Assembly: GCA_963675665.1 (NCBI GenBank)
Contig: OY776510.1
Location: 768,001 to 832,000 of the forward strand
DNA from: Spirochaetia bacterium
GTDB taxonomy: Bacteria; Spirochaetota; Spirochaetia; UBA9216
Reading direction: 5' to 3'
DNA length: 64,000 nt
Shown: positions 21,461-32,154 of the stretch, piece after piece
How the letters are laid out: the number at the start of each line of letters is the position of its first letter
How positions within the stretch are numbered: the stretch's first letter is position 1
Translations under genes and position numbers: made by a program
The notes under the pieces: generated by a model
What the model was told of the DNA's origin: nothing
Databases searched by the model: none
The model's input: the letters and a program-made list of their open reading frames with translations, nothing else

Positions 21461-22368
21461 ATTTCTTCTTTAATTATATATTCCGGCCTGTCTTTAACAC
21501 TATCAAAAATTTTACCTACATATAAACCTACGATTCCGATTATAGCTATTATTATTCCACTTAAAAACCATAAAGAAATCATTAAACTTGCCCAACCCTG
21601 AACTACAATTCCGCCGAATATAGCCCTGAAGAAAAAAATCACGGCAACAATAGCAGCGCCAATTGAGATAAGCCCGCCAATTTTAATAGTTAATCTTAAC
21701 GGTTTATCAGAAAAAGAAACCATTACATTGAGTGCAAGTTTCAGTGAACTATAAAAATTATAACTGGATTTCCCGAATGATCGTTTTGATGGTGTTATAT
21801 CAACAGTAGTACTGTTAAAACCTATCCACTTTACCATCGATGGGAAATATTTATTTTTGTCACCCATCGATAATATCGAATCAACAGCTTGCCGTGAATA
21901 TATTCCGTAATTTCCAACAGATGCATCTTGCTTTGTTTCAGTCAGATAACTCAATACCGCATAAAACATTTTTGAGAATATTTTTTTTATAAAACGATCT
22001 TTCCTGTTGATCCGTCTTGCCTGAACAATATCATAACCTTTTTTCGCTATTACATAAAGTTTTTCTATTTCATCAGGATTATCCTGTAAATCTCCATCCA
22101 TAACAACTATAAAACTACCTGTTGTTCTTTTAAGACCCGCAATAATTGCATTATGTTGTCCAAAGTTTCTGGAAAAATTTATACCATGTACTTTATTATT
22201 TTCAACTGCAATCGATTTTATTACTTCCCAATCTTTTTCAGGGCTGCAGTCATTTATAAAAATAATTTCATAATCTTCACCAATCTTTTTAAAAACATTA
22301 TCAAGCTGTATTGATAACTCTTTTAAAGATAAAGAAGTATTATAACATGGTATTACTACTGATATCAT
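21457..22368 (-). CDS. ArnC/GtrB-like undecaprenyl-phosphate glycosyltransferase (GT2)
   Basis: ISVVIPCYN, SRNFGQHNA, MDGDLQD, two C-terminal TM helices, RPEY; start at MISV. Confidence 0.85.
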   Translation of the reverse strand: MISVVIPCYNTSLSLKELSIQLDNVFKKIGEDYEIIFINDCSPEKDWEVIKSIAVENNKVHGINFSRNFGQHNAIIAGLKRTTGSFIVVMDGDLQDNPDEIEKLYVIAKKGYDIVQARRINRKDRFIKKIFSKMFYAVLSYLTETKQDASVGNYGIYSRQAVDSILSMGDKNKYFPSMVKWIGFNSTTVDITPSKRSFGKSSYNFYSSLKLALNVMVSFSDKPLRLTIKIGGLISIGAAIVAVIFFFRAIFGGIVVQGWASLMISLWFLSGIIIAIIGIVGLYVGKIFDSVKDRPEYIIKEEI

Positions 22369-22375
22369 TAATATC

Positions 22376-23518
22376 CTACTTAAAAACTGATGATAATGTT
22401 TTTTGAAACGTTGATAGAACATAATCTATCTCGTTATCATTCATCAGATAAAATGGTAATCGAACAATTCGTTCTGCTACATATTCAGTATTTTCAAGAT
22501 TATATTTATTTCCGCCTAATTTTTTCCCCATAGGAGAATTATGAAGAGGGATATAACCTATATATGAAGAAACATCTCTTTCCAGGTTTAATTCAATAAA
22601 TTTATCTCTCATTTCTGATTCCGGAAAAATAACCCAGAAAGCATGATAATTTGACTTGATTTCATCAGGGATTGTTGTCATCCTGATCCCTTTTTCATTA
22701 TAAAAATTAAAAAAATTACTGTACGCATCATGTAACTTTTTACGTAATACCTGCATTTCGTCCTTATTTTCCAATTGCGCAAGAAGTATTGCTGCCAATA
22801 AATCCGAAGGCAGGAAACTTGAACCATAGTCAACCCATGAATATTTATTCTTCAAACCTTTAATCACCAAACTTCGGTCGGTACCTTTTTCCCAGAGGAA
22901 TTCAGATCTCTCGAAATATTTTTCATTATTTAACAACAGAGCCCCGCCTTCGCCACACGAATATGATTTCGTAGCATGAAAAGAAAACGTACCTAAATCG
23001 GCAATAGCCCCTGCAAATTTTTCTTTATATTGGGAATTTACAGCTTGCGCTGCATCTTCAACAACTGTTATCCCATGTCGCTCTGCAATTTCCATAATTG
23101 TGTCCATCTCGGCAGGTATACCGGCATAATGAATCGGAACAATTGCTTTTGTTTTTTCTGTTATTGCGGCTTCAATTTTGCTTTCATCAATATTTAAAGT
23201 ATCCAATCTTATATCAACATACACAGGTGTAAATCCATGCATTGCAAATGCATTTACAGTACTGGAAAATGTGTATGATGGAAAAATAATTTCATCACCG
23301 GGTTTACAATCCAATAATAAAGCCGCCATTTCCAGAGCATCTGTACATGATGTTGTCAGAAGAGTTTTTTTAATTTTAAAAATATTATTTATATATTTCT
23401 GACATTCCTGGGTATTAGGGCCTCCTCCGTGATGAAATCCGGAATCAAACGCCTTTAACAGATATTCTCTCTCGTTTTTATAAATCGGAACTTTCATAAA
23501 AGGTATTTTCACTATCAT
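22376..23518 (-). CDS. WecE/RffA-like dTDP-4-keto-sugar aminotransferase
   Basis: TSCTDALEMAA, EDAAQA, FSFHATK...GEGG, EKGTDRS; AGGAGA RBS before ATG 23518. Confidence 0.9.
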   Translation of the reverse strand: MIVKIPFMKVPIYKNEREYLLKAFDSGFHHGGGPNTQECQKYINNIFKIKKTLLTTSCTDALEMAALLLDCKPGDEIIFPSYTFSSTVNAFAMHGFTPVYVDIRLDTLNIDESKIEAAITEKTKAIVPIHYAGIPAEMDTIMEIAERHGITVVEDAAQAVNSQYKEKFAGAIADLGTFSFHATKSYSCGEGGALLLNNEKYFERSEFLWEKGTDRSLVIKGLKNKYSWVDYGSSFLPSDLLAAILLAQLENKDEMQVLRKKLHDAYSNFFNFYNEKGIRMTTIPDEIKSNYHAFWVIFPESEMRDKFIELNLERDVSSYIGYIPLHNSPMGKKLGGNKYNLENTEYVAERIVRLPFYLMNDNEIDYVLSTFQKTLSSVFK

Positions 23519-23525
23519 GTTCTCC

Positions 23526-24485
23526 TTAACTGATTTTGGAAATTTTATCAATCAGCTCAGACTGTAAGGAAATTTTATTTAATTCTTCTAAATTCTGATT
23601 ATTATTTATTCTATAACAAAAATCTTCCAGCAGATTAATAAAATGGTTATCACTGTTAACCAGATATTCGTGTCTCTCATTCTGTCTTTCCAGAATTATT
23701 TTTGGATTATATCCTGGAGGCGCAGTAAATATCCGGTCAGCAATAATCTTTCCTTTTGAGCCCCAAATTTCCAAATTACATTGATAGTAATTATCAAACC
23801 CGAAACTTATCTGGGCAATTTTATTATCATTATTTTTTAAAGTTGCCGTGCCGAATATATCCACGCCCAGCTCATCTGAATATACAAGATTTGAAGAAAT
23901 GACATCAATATCGTTTCCAAGGAAGATCGTCGCAGCTTTTACGGGATATCCGCCTGCATCTAAAAGTACACCGCCACCCAATTCTCTTGAATATCTGAAA
24001 TTACCGGGATCCATCATAGGAAAACCAAAACTGCTTTTCAGTAATTTTATATCTCCAATCTCATCGTCACTTATTAGCTTCAGTATAAATTCTATTTGCG
24101 AGTGGTATTTAAACATATAATTTTCAAAAAAAACCAAAGAGTTTTTTTTTGCTTCTTCAATTAATTTCTTTGTATCAGAATTACTGGTTGTAGAAGGTTT
24201 TTCTACAAGAACATGCTTTCCATAATTAAATGCTTTCAGACACCATTCTTTATGAAGAGCCGGCGGCAGCGGGATATATACGGCGTCAAGATCAGGTCTC
24301 TTTAATAGTTTATCATAACCCTCAACATGATCTATATTGAATAAATCGGCAACCTTATTTGCCTTTTCTTTATCCCGGCTTGCTATTGCCACAACATCTA
24401 TCGAATCAGCCAGTTTCATTGCAGGTAGTGCTGATCTAATTGCGATATTCGCACAACCGATAATGCCAATCCTTACTTTATTCAT
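23526..24485 (-). CDS. Gfo/Idh/MocA oxidoreductase (NDP-hexose 3-ketoreductase-like)
   Basis: GCANIA.R, VYIPLPP..H, KHVLVEKP, LGGG.LLD.G.YP; follows the 2,3-dehydratase. Confidence 0.8.
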   Translation of the reverse strand: MNKVRIGIIGCANIAIRSALPAMKLADSIDVVAIASRDKEKANKVADLFNIDHVEGYDKLLKRPDLDAVYIPLPPALHKEWCLKAFNYGKHVLVEKPSTTSNSDTKKLIEEAKKNSLVFFENYMFKYHSQIEFILKLISDDEIGDIKLLKSSFGFPMMDPGNFRYSRELGGGVLLDAGGYPVKAATIFLGNDIDVISSNLVYSDELGVDIFGTATLKNNDNKIAQISFGFDNYYQCNLEIWGSKGKIIADRIFTAPPGYNPKIILERQNERHEYLVNSDNHFINLLEDFCYRINNNQNLEELNKISLQSELIDKISKIS

Positions 24486-24498
24486 AGCAACATTTCCT

Positions 24499-25884
24499 TT
24501 AAAAATTTATCAATGACAACAGGCTTCTGGCTTGTATGTTCAACATATTGGTAAATTGAGAGAAATAATTTAACTGTTCGATTGTGATCCACATAAATTC
24601 TTCTTTTACATTCTCATTAAATTCTTCAGGCACTTCAATAATCATGTTACGGTTTTCTTCATGATAAAAACGACCGCCTTCTTCAGACTGCATAGAATCA
24701 TGAATTATTTTATATTTCCCCTCATTCAGATATTCCATATAGAAATTATTACAGTTCTGATCAGAAGACATTTGAATAGTCGGGCCCATTTCAATTATGT
24801 CTATTAATCCCGGTTCGATCACAGCTTGTACTAAGAAATGGAAAACACAGTTAATTTTTTTCATAAAAAAGCAAAACAGTCCTTTCCTTTCTGATTTAAT
24901 TACTGGTTGATCCCAATTAAATACTTCCCGGTTTCCAACTTCAATTCTACAACCTATTACAGAAAAAAAACGGCCTTCCCTGTCATAAATTGAGATATTA
25001 TCCATTACATAATTATCCAGCTCGTCTAAAGGTAAATATTCATGTTTTTTATCAATAAACATCTTCCTTTCTGCAAGCCATGAATGAATTTCTGCTGCAT
25101 TATTCCTGGCAAGAATAATATCATCCGAATACAAGTTCATTGAATCAGTTTTATAATGATCCTTTATTATCTTCTCTTTTTGAACTATTGGCAATAATGA
25201 AATAACTGATCTTGTATCCATGTTTACGACATTATTATACTCTAAAAGCTTTTTTATTTGCCCCAATGTCATCCAGCAATAATCAGGATCCTCCGGAACA
25301 TCATTTTCAGTTAAAATAATGATGTTTCTGTTTCTTTTATTAAAAAACCTTGATCCCTGCTCTGATTGAAGCTGATCAACCAAAATGTTTTTCTTTTTAC
25401 CAAGAAAATATTCTAGAAACTTCGGTGTTTTGCCTTTGTGTACTTTGGTAAAATTACTTTGCGTTGCCTGTAATGTCGGTGAAATTTGAATGTAATTTAA
25501 ATTTCCCGGTTCGATCTTTGCTTGCATTAAAAAATACAGAATTCCATCAAACCTTTTTGACAATATTCCGAGAAATCCAATTTCAGGTTGTACAATTATC
25601 GGTTGAAGCCAGTGTTGTTCAAAATTATTGTTTATTTTTACGCTTGCTTTAAAACCTTTTATTGAAAAGAATTTTCCGGATTCATGAAAAATACCATTTT
25701 CCCTGGTAAAGTTCCATTTCTGTAAATCTGATAATGGTTTCTTTTCAATATTTACAAACGCCTTTTTCTTCCGTTCTTCAATCCAGATCAGAATATCATT
25801 CATTGTTACTTTATCAGTATCTACCAATAAAGAAGATTTAATAATATCGCTAATTATGATCAACCAATCTCTCCAAACAGTCAT
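24499..25884 (-). CDS. NDP-hexose 2,3-dehydratase (EvaA/OleV family)
   Basis: Duplicated Nudix-like halves: GKFFSI, W.QPII.QPEIG.LG, QAKIEPG, SPTLQAT.SN, QSEQG.RF / QSEEGGRF. Confidence 0.9.
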   Translation of the reverse strand: MTVWRDWLIIISDIIKSSLLVDTDKVTMNDILIWIEERKKKAFVNIEKKPLSDLQKWNFTRENGIFHESGKFFSIKGFKASVKINNNFEQHWLQPIIVQPEIGFLGILSKRFDGILYFLMQAKIEPGNLNYIQISPTLQATQSNFTKVHKGKTPKFLEYFLGKKKNILVDQLQSEQGSRFFNKRNRNIIILTENDVPEDPDYCWMTLGQIKKLLEYNNVVNMDTRSVISLLPIVQKEKIIKDHYKTDSMNLYSDDIILARNNAAEIHSWLAERKMFIDKKHEYLPLDELDNYVMDNISIYDREGRFFSVIGCRIEVGNREVFNWDQPVIKSERKGLFCFFMKKINCVFHFLVQAVIEPGLIDIIEMGPTIQMSSDQNCNNFYMEYLNEGKYKIIHDSMQSEEGGRFYHEENRNMIIEVPEEFNENVKEEFMWITIEQLNYFSQFTNMLNIQARSLLSLINF

Positions 25885-26759
25885 TAAATCAGATTATTTT
25901 CAGATATTTTTAAAAGGTACTTACCATAGGAGGAATTCTTCATTTTATCTGCTAAAGAACGAAACTGTTTCATATCAATGTAACCCATTCGCAATGCAAT
26001 TTCCTCAATACAGGAAATCTTGAAACCCTGTCGATCTTCAATAATTTTTACAAAGTTGGAAGCTTCATTTAATGATTCATGGGTCCCGGAATCCAGCCAG
26101 GCAATTCCTCGGCCGAAAGTTTTCACATTTAAACTGGATCTTTCCAGATAGATTCTGTTTAAATCGGTAATTTCAAGTTCTCCTCTGGCTGACGGTTTCA
26201 GATTCTCAGCTATTTCCACAACACAGTTATCATAAAAATATAAACCGACTACGGCATAATTCGACTTCGGGTTTTCGGGTTTTTCTTCAATTGATTTTAC
26301 TTTGCCAAATTTGTCAAATTCAACAACACCAAATCTTTTGGGATCATCCACATGATATCCAATAACGGTCGCTCCTACATTATTTATAACGATATCAGAT
26401 AATATTTTTTGCAGATTGTTACCGTAGAAAATGTTATCTCCAAGAATTAAGCAAACTGCATCATTTCCTATAAATTCTTTACCGATTATAAAAGCCTCGG
26501 CCAAACCATTAGGTTGGTGTTGTACTTTATATTTTAATTTTAATCCCAGCTGTTCGCCATTACCCAATAATGATTCTATTCTTGGAGTGTCTTCGGGAGT
26601 AGAAATGATTAAAATTTCGTTTATCCCGGCAAGCATCAGGGTAGATAACGGATAATATATCATCGGTTTGTCATAAACCGGTAAAAGCTGTTTGCTTATT
26701 GTCAGCGTTAAAGGAAAAAGTCTCGTCCCTGATCCGCCTGCTAATATTATCCCTTTCAT
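25884..26759 (-). CDS. rfbA: Glucose-1-phosphate thymidylyltransferase
   Basis: [38 protein letters not shown]. Confidence 0.95.
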   Translation of the reverse strand: MKGIILAGGSGTRLFPLTLTISKQLLPVYDKPMIYYPLSTLMLAGINEILIISTPEDTPRIESLLGNGEQLGLKLKYKVQHQPNGLAEAFIIGKEFIGNDAVCLILGDNIFYGNNLQKILSDIVINNVGATVIGYHVDDPKRFGVVEFDKFGKVKSIEEKPENPKSNYAVVGLYFYDNCVVEIAENLKPSARGELEITDLNRIYLERSSLNVKTFGRGIAWLDSGTHESLNEASNFVKIIEDRQGFKISCIEEIALRMGYIDMKQFRSLADKMKNSSYGKYLLKISENNLI

Positions 26760-26778
26760 CTTTAGACTCCTTTCAGAA

Positions 26779-27678
26779 TTACTCCCAGAATTTTCTCATA
26801 ATACCTTTTATCAGAATTAAAGTTTTTCTTGTGTCTTTTATCTTTTTATTATTCAACAACTCTTTCATATTGTGGGTTCTGTAATACTCGGTACGAATAA
26901 TTTCTTCCGATTCATAATTATTTATCTTTTTACGGAGTTCCTCTCTTTTATCACCGATGGCAGCATCATGTTTATCATAGATAAATCTGATTTTTTCATA
27001 CTTTCTAACAATAGCCTGCTCTGAATTCCCGGTAGTATTGCTATCATGCAACCTGTATTTAAGCAATCGGTCTTTTAGTACTTTAATCCCTTCGGGATAC
27101 GCAATAGATATTCTTATCCAATAATCATAATCTTCAACCGCTCTTAATTCAGGAGTTTCATCTAGTAACCCTACTTTTTCAATAACATTCCGTCTTATCA
27201 TAACGCTTGAATTGATAATTTTATTTACCAATATAAGCTCTTCGAACTTTACTTTCCGTGAAAAATATAATTTCAGGAGATTTTTTTGACCATATGGAAA
27301 CTGATCGCAATTTGTTGAACAAAGCATTAGTTGAGTGTTATTTTTAAATTCTATTAATTGTTTTTCCAATTTATTTGGAGACCATATATCATCCGAATCC
27401 AGAAAAGCAATATATTCCCCTTTTGCTTTCTGTAAACCAATATTTCTGGAAGCTGCGATAATACCTTTATTCGAAAAATTAATCAGTTTTATTCTTTCGT
27501 CATTAAAAGATTCAACAATTTCTATTGTATTATCATCAGAGAAATTGTTTATAATAATCAGTTCCCAGTTTTTATAAGTTTGTGTTTTTACCGAGACAAT
27601 TGCTTCTCTTAAATATTCAGCGTGGTTATATGTCGGAATAATTACCGATACTAAAGACTGATTGATAACTTTATTCAT
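26779..27678 (-). CDS. GT2 glycosyltransferase
   Basis: [21 protein letters not shown]; start re-assigned to MNKV. Confidence 0.85.
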   Translation of the reverse strand: MNKVINQSLVSVIIPTYNHAEYLREAIVSVKTQTYKNWELIIINNFSDDNTIEIVESFNDERIKLINFSNKGIIAASRNIGLQKAKGEYIAFLDSDDIWSPNKLEKQLIEFKNNTQLMLCSTNCDQFPYGQKNLLKLYFSRKVKFEELILVNKIINSSVMIRRNVIEKVGLLDETPELRAVEDYDYWIRISIAYPEGIKVLKDRLLKYRLHDSNTTGNSEQAIVRKYEKIRFIYDKHDAAIGDKREELRKKINNYESEEIIRTEYYRTHNMKELLNNKKIKDTRKTLILIKGIMRKFWE

Positions 27679-28633
27679 GGAAATGCTTCCAGCAAAAAAG
27701 CAGCGTTTGCTTGATTTCTTCTTTAATATTACCTTCGAGTTTAAAACCGATTTTTTTAATTTTTTCAATCGAATATTTCTCAAATGGAGAATTACTATCT
27801 CTATTATTCCCAATTAATATTTCCGGTGTAAACGACAAGACATCGTTTGTAATTTCGGCGATGAGAGTGGCCAGATCCAGAATTGACATTACATTATCCC
27901 CGCCAAGATTAAAAATACCATCTCCAATCATTTCAGACTCTATATTTATAAAAAACCTGATTCCTCTTATGACATCAGTCATTGTAATGAAATCTCTCTT
28001 TTGAGTTCCGTCAGATTTTAATACTATCCTTTTATTTTTCGCAATTTCCAGGCAAATACTGTTAACCAGTAATGTCCATCTGTCTATATTTTTATGTTCC
28101 GGGTAACCGAAACTATTTGAAAGTCTCAGTATAACGCCTTCCATTTCATTTCGTTTGTTTGCATTGTAGATGAATTGCTCTGCCAATAAATGCGATGTTG
28201 CATATGGATGTACAGGATGAGGGATTACAGTCTCGTCAACCATTCCGCAAACAGAGTTGTTGTATATATGAGCTGTAGATAGATAGATAAATCGTTTTAC
28301 ATTATTACTGATCGCCAGTTCTATAATCCGCTTGGTATCCAGAGTATTAACCCTGTATGCATTTACCGGATCCTCTGCACATAAAATCTCATTGACAGCA
28401 GACAGATGTATTACAACATCAATTTTATCCAAACCGTTAAAAAGATTTCCATCAAGTAATTCCGAATATGAGTATTTCTTATAATAACAACTATTGTCCA
28501 AATCAGGATTATCAGGATTTCTGCTAACTAAAAATAAATTATAACAGTCTGTCTCCCCCAGATATTTGATTAATCTGGAACCAATATAGCCGGAGACTCC
28601 TGTAACCAGTATATTTTTTAATTTATTGCCCAA
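27671..28633 (-). CDS. NAD-dependent epimerase/reductase (extended SDR)
   Basis: TGVSGYIG, YLSTAHIY, RLSNSFG, RDF; the YxxxK lysine is replaced (YATSH). Confidence 0.8.
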   Translation of the reverse strand: MGNKLKNILVTGVSGYIGSRLIKYLGETDCYNLFLVSRNPDNPDLDNSCYYKKYSYSELLDGNLFNGLDKIDVVIHLSAVNEILCAEDPVNAYRVNTLDTKRIIELAISNNVKRFIYLSTAHIYNNSVCGMVDETVIPHPVHPYATSHLLAEQFIYNANKRNEMEGVILRLSNSFGYPEHKNIDRWTLLVNSICLEIAKNKRIVLKSDGTQKRDFITMTDVIRGIRFFINIESEMIGDGIFNLGGDNVMSILDLATLIAEITNDVLSFTPEILIGNNRDSNSPFEKYSIEKIKKIGFKLEGNIKEEIKQTLLFCWKHFHE

Positions 28634-29721
28634 TGTATCCCTCTGGATTCGGCAATATCTGAGTAAGCTTTAATTTGTTTTACTGTTTTTTCAAACATAT
28701 TCTCTTTATCTATATAAAAACATCTATACCAATCACCTGTAAATTTCACTGTATCGTGATAGGACAGCGTCGGCAACCAGCGCAAATAAACATACGATTT
28801 ATCACAATTTAATTTCAGTAAAGTTGCTTCGTTAAACGGTTTATTCTCTACCACAACATATCCGGTACCAAGATCTTTTGAGGGCCACACCTCTCTTAAA
28901 TCTTTTAACAAATCTTCAACTGTTTTTGTCTCTCCTGATGTCGGTCCGAAATTAAAACTTTCGCCGGAAATTTTAGAATCATTATACAATTTTGCCCCTA
29001 AAGACAAATATCCGCTGAGCGGTTCAAGAACATGCTCCCAAGGTCGTATCGCATTCGGTGATCGAATCTCTACGTTTGTCCCTGAAGACCATGATCTCAT
29101 ACAATCCGGAACAATCCTGTCCAGTGCCCAATCTCCACCGCCGATAACATTTCCTGCTCTTGTTGTAGCAATTCTAATTTTATTCTTTTTTTCAGAGAAA
29201 AATGAATGGTAATAAGATTGAAAAATAATTTCTGCTGCACCTTTTGATCCGCTGTAAATATCTTTACCGCCTAATCTGTCCGATTCTCTATATCCCCATT
29301 CCCATTCATTATTATGATAACATTTATCACTTGTAATAATTACACCAACACAATCATTTTCCAGCTTCCGTATTGCTTCGAGTATATTGGTAACTCCGAT
29401 AACATTTGTTTCTATAGTCTCTGCAGGATTCTTATATGATAAAGATACAATCGGTTGTGCTGCGAGATGAAAAATAAAATCGGGCTTAATTTTACTGACA
29501 ATTTTTTTCACTTCATCCCGATCTCTGATATCTGCCCGATAATCTTCAATTTGTTCCGATAATCCCAGACATTCAAACATTGACGGGTTTGTCGGGATAT
29601 CATTTGAGAGTCCATATACTTTTGCTCCCAGATCCAACAACCATGAAGTCAACCAACTACCTTTAAACCCGGTATGCCCTGTGATAAGAATTTTTCTATT
29701 CTTATATATATCATTAAACAT
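28618..29721 (-). CDS. rfbG: CDP-glucose 4,6-dehydratase
   Basis: TGHTGFKGSW, HLAAQP, TSDKCY, RAGNVIGGGDW, RPWEHVLEPL. Confidence 0.93.
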   Translation of the reverse strand: MFNDIYKNRKILITGHTGFKGSWLTSWLLDLGAKVYGLSNDIPTNPSMFECLGLSEQIEDYRADIRDRDEVKKIVSKIKPDFIFHLAAQPIVSLSYKNPAETIETNVIGVTNILEAIRKLENDCVGVIITSDKCYHNNEWEWGYRESDRLGGKDIYSGSKGAAEIIFQSYYHSFFSEKKNKIRIATTRAGNVIGGGDWALDRIVPDCMRSWSSGTNVEIRSPNAIRPWEHVLEPLSGYLSLGAKLYNDSKISGESFNFGPTSGETKTVEDLLKDLREVWPSKDLGTGYVVVENKPFNEATLLKLNCDKSYVYLRWLPTLSYHDTVKFTGDWYRCFYIDKENMFEKTVKQIKAYSDIAESRGIHWAIN

Positions 29722-29723
29722 CG

Positions 29724-30494
29724 TTACTCCCAGACTTTCCATAAAGGATTTTCTTTCCAAAGTTTTTCCAGTTTATTTTTATCATTAAGAGAATCCATGC
29801 ATCTCCAAAATCCATTATGATGATAAGTGTATAATTCGCCGTCGGCCGCAAGATGCTCAAGAGGCTGTCGTTCAAAAATCAGACCATCGTCTTCCGGCAG
29901 ATAGTAAAAAATTTCCTTATTCACAACAAAAAAACCTATATTTATCCAACTTCCGTCGCCTTTAGGTTTTTCAATAAACTGTTTTATTTTACCGTCCTCT
30001 TCGAATTCAATTGATCCGAACCTGCCCTCAGGCTGGGTTGAAGACATTGTTACACATTTATTATGTTTTTTATGCATATTCAACAACTCGTCAATATTGA
30101 TATCACCTACACCGTCACCATAAGTCAGCATAAATGTATCATCTACATAATCCTTAATTCTTCGTATACGTCCTCCGGTCATTGTATCAATACCGGTATC
30201 AACCAATGTAACTTTCCAGGGTTCGCTGAAGTTATTATGTACATCAAAAGATTGTTTTTGCAGATCAAAAGTCACATCGCTTTGATGCAGAAAGTAATTT
30301 GCAAAATATTCTTTGATAACATACCCCTTGTAACCTAAACAGATTACAAATTCATTAAAACCATAATGAGAATAAATTTTCATGATATGCCATAAGATTG
30401 GTTTCCCCCCTATTTCAACCATTGGCTTTGGCTTTATACTTGTTTCTTCACCTAATCTTGTTCCGTATCCGCCAGCAAGAATAACAACCTTCAT
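29724..30494 (-). CDS. rfbF: Glucose-1-phosphate cytidylyltransferase
   Basis: LAGGYGTRL.EET..KPKPM, TMTGGR, LTYGDG, FWRCMD. Confidence 0.95.
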   Translation of the reverse strand: MKVVILAGGYGTRLGEETSIKPKPMVEIGGKPILWHIMKIYSHYGFNEFVICLGYKGYVIKEYFANYFLHQSDVTFDLQKQSFDVHNNFSEPWKVTLVDTGIDTMTGGRIRRIKDYVDDTFMLTYGDGVGDINIDELLNMHKKHNKCVTMSSTQPEGRFGSIEFEEDGKIKQFIEKPKGDGSWINIGFFVVNKEIFYYLPEDDGLIFERQPLEHLAADGELYTYHHNGFWRCMDSLNDKNKLEKLWKENPLWKVWE

Positions 30495-30500
30495 GTTTAC

Positions 30501-30950
30501 CTACCTATGTCTTATTTTCCAATCGTATGGAATATCGTTTGTATATGGATCTTTACGTTCTATTTCATCCGGATCATGTTTCATTGTTGCACAATTTGCA
30601 ACCAGGGCCATTTGTTCGCCTATTCCCTTAAAACCGTTCCAGACAAGAGGGGGAACTGTAACCAAACAGTAATTATCAGGACCAAGAAATATTTCCTGGA
30701 TTTCTCCAAACGTTTTGCTGTCAGGTCTTGAGTCATATAATACAAATTTAATATTCCCGACTGGAACAGAATAGTTTAAAGTCATATTTTTATGTTTATG
30801 CCATGCTTTAATCGCATCTTTATATATACATGAAAAGTAAATTTCTCCAAATTCTTTAAATTCCGGATCGCTGTTTTTTAACATATGCATGACTTTTCCC
30901 CGTTCATCCAGAATTTGTTTTAATGGTTTTATATTTACTCCTTCAATCAT
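30501..30950 (-). CDS. RmlC-like cupin NDP-4-keto-6-deoxyhexose epimerase
   Basis: DERG, FGEIYFS, KAWHKH, VPP.VWNGFKG. Confidence 0.8.
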   Translation of the reverse strand: MIEGVNIKPLKQILDERGKVMHMLKNSDPEFKEFGEIYFSCIYKDAIKAWHKHKNMTLNYSVPVGNIKFVLYDSRPDSKTFGEIQEIFLGPDNYCLVTVPPLVWNGFKGIGEQMALVANCATMKHDPDEIERKDPYTNDIPYDWKIRHR

Positions 30951-32154
30951 TCAGTAATTCCCTCCACATCTCTTTATATCTTTTAACTGCTATACAGGCA
31001 TTATATTTTAATTCAAAAATTTTTTTACTCTCTTTGCCCCATTCATTAATTATTGACGGAGATCTCAGTACCTTTTGTATAGCATCTGCAAGTTGTTCTA
31101 TATTCTTCGATTCTACAATAATTCCGTTATTTTCAATCTGTTCCGGAATACCTGCAATATCAGTTCCGATAATTCCCTTTCCCATTGCCATCGCTTCTAT
31201 AACGACATTAGGAAAATCCTCATTTCTGATTGACGGTATTATTAAACAATCTATACTATTGTAAAGTTCAAATATATTATCAATTCTTCCTGTGAATATA
31301 ATATATTTACTTAAATTTTCTTCTTCGACTTTACGCTTTAATTTTGAAAATAAAGGCCCCTCTCCTTCAATCAAAACTTTCGGAAGAGTATTCCCTGTTT
31401 TTTTTATCATATTTATTGCATCTATTAAAAAAATATGACCTTTTCTCTCTTCAAGTATTCCTACAACACCAAAAACAATACTTGAATTTTCAAGACCATA
31501 TTTTTTAAGGAACTTTTTTTTATCAATTTCTATACATCTCGGACTAATACCGTTAAATAGCTGCCTATACTGATTTTTGTTTAATCCAAGAGTATTAATT
31601 ATCTTTTTTCCGGCAAACTTTGAAGCGGTAATGAATTTATCGACCGAACGAATAAGAATTCTGTCAAACAGGAATCCCAGTTTCCGTTTCCCGTGATATG
31701 GTACAATAATATTATTCACTGTATATGTTATCTTTTTTATACCGCATATTTTTGCGGCAATAACAGCCGCATTACATGAATCAGCTCCTGGATAACCGCC
31801 ATTATTTATATGAAGTAAATCAATATTTTTTCTTTTTAAAAATAAAAATAATATTAATGTATTATACAGAAACTGTACCGGTTCAACAATAATGCTGATT
31901 AATACAAGCAATTTTCGCAGGAACAGATTCTTGGTATATAAAATTAGATCATTAATATCAATTAAATATAACCCGAATAATTTCTCAATACTATTAAGCC
32001 TTTCTTTTTTAGTCTCGTCATATTTCAAGCTTTTTCTGTAAGAGATACTGAGCGTATCCGGTTTATTATCCGTATGAAAATATATTGAAAGTATTGCTAT
32101 CATATTCTCGGACCCGGAAAAAAAAGGACAATCCGTATGGACATGTATCTTCAA
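30943..32154 (-). CDS. GT4 glycosyltransferase
   Basis: GSE, NNGGYPG, KGH, EDFPNVVIEAM, GIPE. Confidence 0.85.
   Translation of the reverse strand: MKIHVHTDCPFFSGSENMIAILSIYFHTDNKPDTLSISYRKSLKYDETKKERLNSIEKLFGLYLIDINDLILYTKNLFLRKLLVLISIIVEPVQFLYNTLILFLFLKRKNIDLLHINNGGYPGADSCNAAVIAAKICGIKKITYTVNNIIVPYHGKRKLGFLFDRILIRSVDKFITASKFAGKKIINTLGLNKNQYRQLFNGISPRCIEIDKKKFLKKYGLENSSIVFGVVGILEERKGHIFLIDAINMIKKTGNTLPKVLIEGEGPLFSKLKRKVEEENLSKYIIFTGRIDNIFELYNSIDCLIIPSIRNEDFPNVVIEAMAMGKGIIGTDIAGIPEQIENNGIIVESKNIEQLADAIQKVLRSPSIINEWGKESKKIFELKYNACIAVKRYKEMWRELLND

Noticed and set aside
27679-27813. Long overlaps from upstream starts (also pseI 38454, wecE 23551, GT 22422, rfbG 29760, gatB 63751)
   Set aside because: Downstream starts with an RBS or stop-start coupling match family N-termini, so these are not real overlapping genes
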